A stretch of DNA of 64,000 nucleotides from Prevotella sp. Its GTDB lineage: Bacteria; Bacteroidota; Bacteroidia; Bacteroidales; Bacteroidaceae. The stretch lies in the NCBI GenBank assembly GCA_017413085.1, contig JAFPVC010000036.1, forward strand, positions 18,874 to 82,873, given 5' to 3'. The first letter of the stretch is position 1. Every line of letters starts with the position of its first letter. This document shows, in pieces, positions 59,006 through 64,000 of this stretch. The notes under the pieces were generated by a model. The model saw only the letters and a list, made by a program, of their open reading frames with translations, ran no database searches and was not told the DNA's origin. The position numbers and the translations under genes are program-made.

Positions 59006-59512
59006 TCATTTTACTTTCCATACATTTAGCTTAATGCTACCTTGCGGACCATCCATTGCAGGCTCGCAGAGGAACAGGGCATTATTGAGCCATGCGTATT
59101 TGCTGTCTATTGGTGCTTCAAACTTCGGGGCGCAACGGAAGTAGAAAGAAGGTTTGCCATCGGCATCCTTGCCACTGCATATAAGACCGCAGTTGCGGAT
59201 GTGGATTGTAACACCGTCATCGGTTCTTATGCAATATATGGCCTCTATCTCTGTCCTGCCGGCTTCCATGTTCTGCAGCTGGTAGTCAGCACCACCTTCA
59301 AGCACCTCACCCTTGATGTTTGGTCCTTCAAATGTTCCTCCCGTGATGGGGACGATGAAACGGTTGCCCTTGGCAGTCTTTCCCACGCCGTATGCCTGAC
59401 CTAACTTCACGTTGAGGGTCATTACGTATTCCGTTTCGGGTCCTTTCGGAGCCTGTGCCCTTACTGTCATCACACTGACGAAAAGGGCGAATAAAAGTGT
59501 TAAACTTCGCAT
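59006..59512 (-). CDS. DUF3237-family protein
   Basis: ITGGTFEG, GGADYQ, TDDG, YFRCAPKFEA and YAWLN motifs. Confidence 0.85.
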   Translation of the reverse strand: MRSLTLLFALFVSVMTVRAQAPKGPETEYVMTLNVKLGQAYGVGKTAKGNRFIVPITGGTFEGPNIKGEVLEGGADYQLQNMEAGRTEIEAIYCIRTDDGVTIHIRNCGLICSGKDADGKPSFYFRCAPKFEAPIDSKYAWLNNALFLCEPAMDGPQGSIKLNVWKVK

Positions 59513-59690
59513 AGTTTTAATTTTTTGCTTGGTTATCGTATAATCTTTGTTGGTACGGCCTTTCCGTTTGAATCAGGTTATTATAACAGGTGTCTAAGCC
59601 TTTAGTTTATAAAAAACGAATACAAAGGTAATTAAAAATCTTTTATTTGCAAAATAAATATTCATTTCCTTACAAAAAGAATCATTTTCT

Positions 59691-59892
59691 CATTTCAAGT
59701 ATGTAGACGGCTGATTAGTTTTTTCTTGAACACGGATAAAACAGATTGGACGGATTGGCTGCGCGATGGGATTTGATAGATGAATAGAAGACAACACGGA
59801 CAACGACGACAACATCTGTATGACAGAAGTGGTGTGTGAAGAGAAGTTGTCCACGTTGTCCTAAGTTGTCTTTAAAAAGAATATAAGGCAAC
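59691..59892. repeat. Palindromic repeat cluster A (leader plus one unit)
   Basis: Leader catttcaagtatg...gaacacggataaaac..., then GACAAC at 59790/59799/59808 and GTTGTC at 59846/59855/59865. Confidence 0.9.
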
Positions 59893-60036
59893 ACAGATAA
59901 TCTCACACCCTTTTCTCTTTTATTATAACCTTCGGTTAGAAATCCCCCAAAATCTGAATCATAATACTTGGGCTTCGCCCAGAAATATTTCTTATATAAG
60001 ATTTTTATTTCGATTTTTAAAAGTCCATATTTAAGT

Positions 60037-60867
60037 TTATATTCCCTTTATCTGTTTCAATTTGCTGACCACCCTTTCCGCCAATGTCTGTGCGCCCTGC
60101 GCATCGAAATGCAGGTAATCCTGCTGTAACGAAAGGTCGGAAGCATCTACCACGTGGAAATGTTTCTCCTCGCGTTCCATACGGTACAAGGCATCGACTA
60201 CAGTCTTACATCCTTGACGACTGTTTCTTGCAAATGTACCGCAGACCACAGGCAAATGCGCATAACGCTTGCGACCGGTACGCTCTACCAGATACTGACG
60301 CAGATATGCTATCACTGCACGCAGGTTGTCATAGTAGTGGTCGGCACATTGCTTATCGCTTTCCCCTTGATGCCACAGCAGAAACTTTATCTCGTAATTC
60401 TCGGGAAGATTATCCAGACACTTATCTATCTGACTGGTAAATGCCTTGAGCAGCGATTTTTCCTCTCTGACTTGTGTGCTCCAGTAGTAGCCGTGTGTAC
60501 TGCCGCTGCACAGCGTATCGATGGCAGTACCGCCCATGGTCTGCTTTATGACATAGAACGGACAATGCCATTGTTGCTCAAGCATATAGTACACTATTGC
60601 ATCGAATCCCCAACGTGGAGCAATGTCGGGACGTCCCACCGTAGGACGGAAAGGCGAAAAACTGCCGTCGGCTCGCACAAAGTCACCGCTACCATAGCTC
60701 CACTGACAGTAATTGTATGCAATGTAAGACGGGAAATCATCCATCGGCACGCGCCCGTCAGCGTTTGACTGTCCTGCTGTAAGTATTACCGGCACTGTTT
60801 TTCTGTTCCTCGCCGTCACACCTGCAAGGCACAACAACAGCCCGAAGCACAGTATAATATTTTTCAT
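60037..60867 (-). CDS. SGNH sialate O-acetylesterase/CE6-like esterase
   Basis: AGQSNA, WHQGESD and DYLHF motifs; signal peptide. Confidence 0.88.
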   Translation of the reverse strand: MKNIILCFGLLLCLAGVTARNRKTVPVILTAGQSNADGRVPMDDFPSYIAYNYCQWSYGSGDFVRADGSFSPFRPTVGRPDIAPRWGFDAIVYYMLEQQWHCPFYVIKQTMGGTAIDTLCSGSTHGYYWSTQVREEKSLLKAFTSQIDKCLDNLPENYEIKFLLWHQGESDKQCADHYYDNLRAVIAYLRQYLVERTGRKRYAHLPVVCGTFARNSRQGCKTVVDALYRMEREEKHFHVVDASDLSLQQDYLHFDAQGAQTLAERVVSKLKQIKGI

Positions 60868-60920
60868 TTTTATTAGTTTAGTGTTGTTTCTATCTGCTGT
60901 ACCAAGATGTTATTAAATCC

Positions 60921-61439
60921 TTAATCCCACGTCCAATATTTCCTTAGCTCACATACAATGTCATCCCAATCCTGCATAGCGAACGTACCTTCTCCCATCA
61001 TCATTATTGTCATTTCCACAACATCAAACTTTTTATAAAGATTCGTGTCCCGAAATCCATTACGGAGGTAGAACTCATGCCTACGCTTCCTTTGTACCTT
61101 GTTGTCACATTCCTGTCTTGGCGATTCCATGTCAAGAACACATGTCTTACCCTTGTATTTCTCAATGAGAGTGGTTAGTATCTCCTGCCCCTTACCCTGG
61201 CCTCGCAGTTCTGGTAACACAGCAAAGTACCAGTACCAGTTTACCAGCTCATGTGGAAAGACAATAGTAAAGCCAATGAAATTCTCTCCCTCATAGTATG
61301 CAGTGAAGTCAAGGTGCATTTCACCAATCAAGCGTACCAAGTCCTCCCAGGGGATTTGCTCGTCCTCCGGGAATGCCGTCTGATATAGTTGCTTTATCTG
61401 CTCATTGACGTTAGCTGCTGTTATCTGCTTTGTTATCAC
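60921..61439 (-). CDS. GNAT-family acetyltransferase
   Basis: AFPEDEQ, FAVLPELRGQGKG acetyl-CoA motif, FYLRNGF. Confidence 0.9.
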   Translation of the reverse strand: MITKQITAANVNEQIKQLYQTAFPEDEQIPWEDLVRLIGEMHLDFTAYYEGENFIGFTIVFPHELVNWYWYFAVLPELRGQGKGQEILTTLIEKYKGKTCVLDMESPRQECDNKVQRKRRHEFYLRNGFRDTNLYKKFDVVEMTIMMMGEGTFAMQDWDDIVCELRKYWTWD

Positions 61440-61455
61440 ACGGCGTCGTTATTCT

Positions 61456-61584
61456 CTACCTTAGCCTATAAGCTCTCTGGCATAGCATCATAATGACGAA
61501 TAAAAATAGTAAACTTGACGGATAAAACCATGCTATTGTTGCCATGCATAATATAAAGGGGAATGGTAGCATATTCTTTTTCAT
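61456..61584 (-). CDS. Possible 42-aa hydrophobic peptide
   Basis: MKKNMLPFPFILCMATIAWFYPSSLLFLFVIMMLCQRAYRLR*; first ATG after a TAACTTTG box at 61610-61617. Confidence 0.35.
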   Translation of the reverse strand: MKKNMLPFPFILCMATIAWFYPSSLLFLFVIMMLCQRAYRLR

Positions 61585-61696
61585 ACGAGATTAGTTGTTT
61601 TAATTGATGCAAAGTTAGTAAAATTATTTATATCTGCAAAATAATTTTACTCTTTTTCTCGTTTTGATTGTTTTATTATAGCAAGGGGTTCTAAAC

Positions 61697-61780
61697 AAAA
61701 AAGCCACCATAAGGTGGCTCTGGGGCGGCGCGATAAAGTTCCTACCCCCACGCATACTCAGCGGGTAGTCATTAAAGACG
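61697..61780 (-). ncRNA. Candidate ~85-nt small RNA
   Basis: TAAATTTG box (61784-61791), GC-rich hairpin ctaccc..gggtag, terminator agccacc-ttat-ggtggct-T6; no sizeable ORF on that strand. Confidence 0.5.
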
Positions 61781-61844
61781 CTACAAATTTACAAACAAAA
61801 ATCCAAACCACCAAATTAAAATGCAAAAAAAATGATTTTTCGTT

Positions 61845-62130
61845 CATTTCAAGTATGTTGATAATTGATTGCTTTTTCTTGAACACGGATAAAACCGATT
61901 GAACGGATTGGCTGCGCAGTGGGCTTTAGTAGATGAATAGAAGACAACACGGACAACAATGACAACATCTGTATAACAGAAGTGGTGTGTGAAGAGAAGT
62001 TGTCCACGTTGTCATAAGTTGTCTTTAGAAAGAATAGAAGACAACATAGACAACGATGACAACAGTTGTATGACAGAAGTGATGTGCGAGGAAAAAGTTG
62101 TCCCAGTTGTACTGAGTTGTCTTCAAAAAT
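61845..62130. repeat. Palindromic repeat cluster B (leader plus two units, 97-bp period)
   Basis: GACAAC triplets start at 61943 and 62040; GTTGTC triplets start at 61999 and 62097. Confidence 0.9.
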
Positions 62131-62225
62131 AGATAAAAGAACAGTGGTTCTGTTTTGACTGGTTTATCATGACACGTATTCCAATTCCTGCGTCTTAACA
62201 CTATAAAACACAAAAAGTTTGCTTC

Positions 62226-62260
62226 GGTACACAAGTTTGTGGTCCACAAGCTTGTGTACC
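62226..62260. promoter_or_regulatory. 35-bp palindrome / 15-bp tandem repeat, candidate operator
   Basis: ggtacacaagtttgtggtccacaagcttgtgtacc just upstream of TAACTTTG (62275-62282). Confidence 0.6.
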
Positions 62261-62326
62261 ATGTTTTTTTTTTGTAACTTTGCACTCATAAACAATAACA
62301 GAACTCATCTTAAAACGCACATACTA

Positions 62327-63454
62327 ATGGACAGAGCATTTATTTACGGCATGTCTGTGGAGGGAGACAACTTCACGGATAGAGTTGAAGAAACCAAAAG
62401 GCTGAAACTTGATTTTGAAAACGGAGTAAACGTTATTCTTGTGTCACCACGCAGAATAGGCAAGAGTTCAATAGTCAAGAAAGTCAAATCGGAAATAACA
62501 TCTCCGGAAATCAAGGTCGTCTTCATGGATATATATGACTGTCGCAGCGAATATGATTTTTACAACCGTTTCGCATCCGTGCTGATGAAAGAGACCGCAA
62601 CAAAGACAGAACAGATAGTTGATAACATAAGACGATTTCTCGTCAGGCTGACGCCGAAAGTTTCATTTTCACCAGAACCGATATCTGACATTTCTTTCTC
62701 GCTGGGTATCACGCCGCAAAACTATCAACCAGAAGAAATTCTGCAACTGCCGGAGCTGATTGCTAAGGAAAAAGGCATACACATCGTTGTATGTATAGAT
62801 GAATTTCAGCAGATTGGAGAATTTACAGACTCGCTCACAATACAAAAGCGCTTACGAGGTGTGTGGCAACACCAACGTAATGTTTCGTATTGTCTGTTCG
62901 GCAGCAAGAAACATCTGATGGTAAATCTTTTTCAGAACAGGAAGATGCCTTTCTATCAATTTGGTGAGATGATGTACTTAGGGAAGATAAACACAGAAGA
63001 TTGGATACCATTCATCCGCTCCCGTTTCAAAAGCAAAGGAAAGAATATCTCTGATGAATTCGCTCGCAGAATATGTGAGAAGGTAGAGAATGTGTCGTCA
63101 TACGTACAGCAGTTGGCTTGGAATGTTCTGGCTCAGACGACAGAAGACACCACGGAAGCGGATTTCAATGCCGGGGTTGACGCACTGCTTGCACAGTGCT
63201 CCGGACTATTTGAAGAACAGCTGAGGGGATTGACCTCACATCAGATTAATTTCTTGCGAGCTGTGTGTGATGGTGTCAACACCGAGTTTGGCAGTAAAGC
63301 CGTGCTTGAAGAATACAACCTTGGCAGTAAATCCAACATCTCACGCCTAAAATCCTCGTTGATTGACCGTGAGCTGATAGAATTTGATGGAGAGAAAGTT
63401 TATATAGAAGACCCTCTATTCCGTATTTGGTTTCGCAAGACCAAACGCCTATGA
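62327..63454 (+). CDS. P-loop ATPase (archaeal-type/ATPase_2, STAND-like) with probable C-terminal winged helix
   Basis: NFTDRVEE, SPRRIGKSS Walker A, VCIDEFQ Walker B, GSKKHLM, IEDPLFRIW. Confidence 0.85.
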   Translation: MDRAFIYGMSVEGDNFTDRVEETKRLKLDFENGVNVILVSPRRIGKSSIVKKVKSEITSPEIKVVFMDIYDCRSEYDFYNRFASVLMKETATKTEQIVDNIRRFLVRLTPKVSFSPEPISDISFSLGITPQNYQPEEILQLPELIAKEKGIHIVVCIDEFQQIGEFTDSLTIQKRLRGVWQHQRNVSYCLFGSKKHLMVNLFQNRKMPFYQFGEMMYLGKINTEDWIPFIRSRFKSKGKNISDEFARRICEKVENVSSYVQQLAWNVLAQTTEDTTEADFNAGVDALLAQCSGLFEEQLRGLTSHQINFLRAVCDGVNTEFGSKAVLEEYNLGSKSNISRLKSSLIDRELIEFDGEKVYIEDPLFRIWFRKTKRL

Positions 63455-63741
63455 CAATGACAACATCTGTGTATGACAAAAATGATGTGCGAGAAAAAAG
63501 TTGTCCTCGTTGTACTAAGTTGTCTTTAAAAAGAATAGAAGACAACACAGACAACGATGACAACAGTTGGGTATGACAGAAGGAATGTGCGAGAAAAAAA
63601 TTGTCAAAGTTGTCCCAAGTTGTCTTAGAAAGAACAGAAGACAACACAGACAACAACGACAACACCTGTATGACAGAAGGGATGTATGAGAAAAAGTTGT
63701 CAAAGTTGTCCCAAGTTGTCTTAAGAAGAACAGAAGACAAC
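63455..63741. repeat. Palindromic repeat cluster C (5'-truncated unit, two full units, one extra GACAAC)
   Basis: GACAAC at 63459, 63541/50/59, 63640/49/58 and 63736; periods of 99 and 96 bp. Confidence 0.9.
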
Positions 63742-63962
63742 AGCCGTAATAGTGTTGTTTTTTTCTAAATCTCCACAAAAAAATGAGGGAGATTTGTGAA
63801 CAAATGACGCATGACTTTGCCCATCAAAATAGAGGCTAAAATAATTAACCATTCAAAATTCATAATGCATAATTAAGCTAAATGAAACAAAAAGAACGAA
63901 TCATGCGTAACAATTATGAATTGTGCATTACGAATTATGCATTAATTTGCACCCTTTTACAT

Positions 63963-64000
63963 CGTAATCAGCACCCGATTAAGAAGTAATTAGGTGCTGA
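63963..64000. repeat. Second locus of the 22-bp GTAATyAG repeat family (runs off the window)
   Basis: cgtaatcagcacccgattaaga agtaattaggtgctga matches the units at 45835-45944. Confidence 0.7.

Noticed and set aside
59790-63741. CRISPR array (GTTGTC...GACAAC junctions resemble GTTG...CAAC repeats, and the 32-35 nt loops are spacer-sized)
   Set aside because: The putative spacers are all homologous to each other (tgtatgacagaag..tgtg.ga), the repeats are degenerate, and no cas gene is in the window
63276-63778. Minus-strand ORFs of 154 and 87 aa (also 59715-59906 and 62025-62285)
   Set aside because: They are translations of the DNA repeat (TTWDNFDN, LSVLSS) with no independent coding evidence

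Overview
Chromosomal window from a Prevotella-like Bacteroidales bacterium, inferred from the TAnnTTTG -7 promoter boxes, AT-rich translation starts without Shine-Dalgarno motifs, T9SS-type C-terminal domains and gene content. Most of it is housekeeping: pyk, two RluA genes, queC, a LytS/LytTR pair, pdxK, surE, lpxB, radA, comEC, truA, mtaB, prs, nspC, a CobW-type GTPase, FecCD/periplasmic binding protein genes and mnmA. Three regions are more unusual. (1) A pectin-degradation operon (PL1+CE8 multimodular enzyme and PL11 lyase) contains two unannotated paralogous 50-57 aa peptide genes with a shared KDYIIP...RLLxxS leader and acidic tails. (2) An AT-rich island at about 45.8-49.1 kb carries a secreted protein with a JAB/MPN-like C-terminal domain, a lipoprotein, a repeat-bounded cassette and two truncated genes. 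(3) A 59.7-63.75 kb region has three clusters of a ~97-bp palindromic (GACAAC)x3/(GTTGTC)x3 repeat bracketing cargo genes, a candidate sRNA and an ATPase with a palindromic operator. No rRNA, tRNA, cas gene, transposase or integrase was recognised. All family calls come from motif recognition by eye, not database searches.
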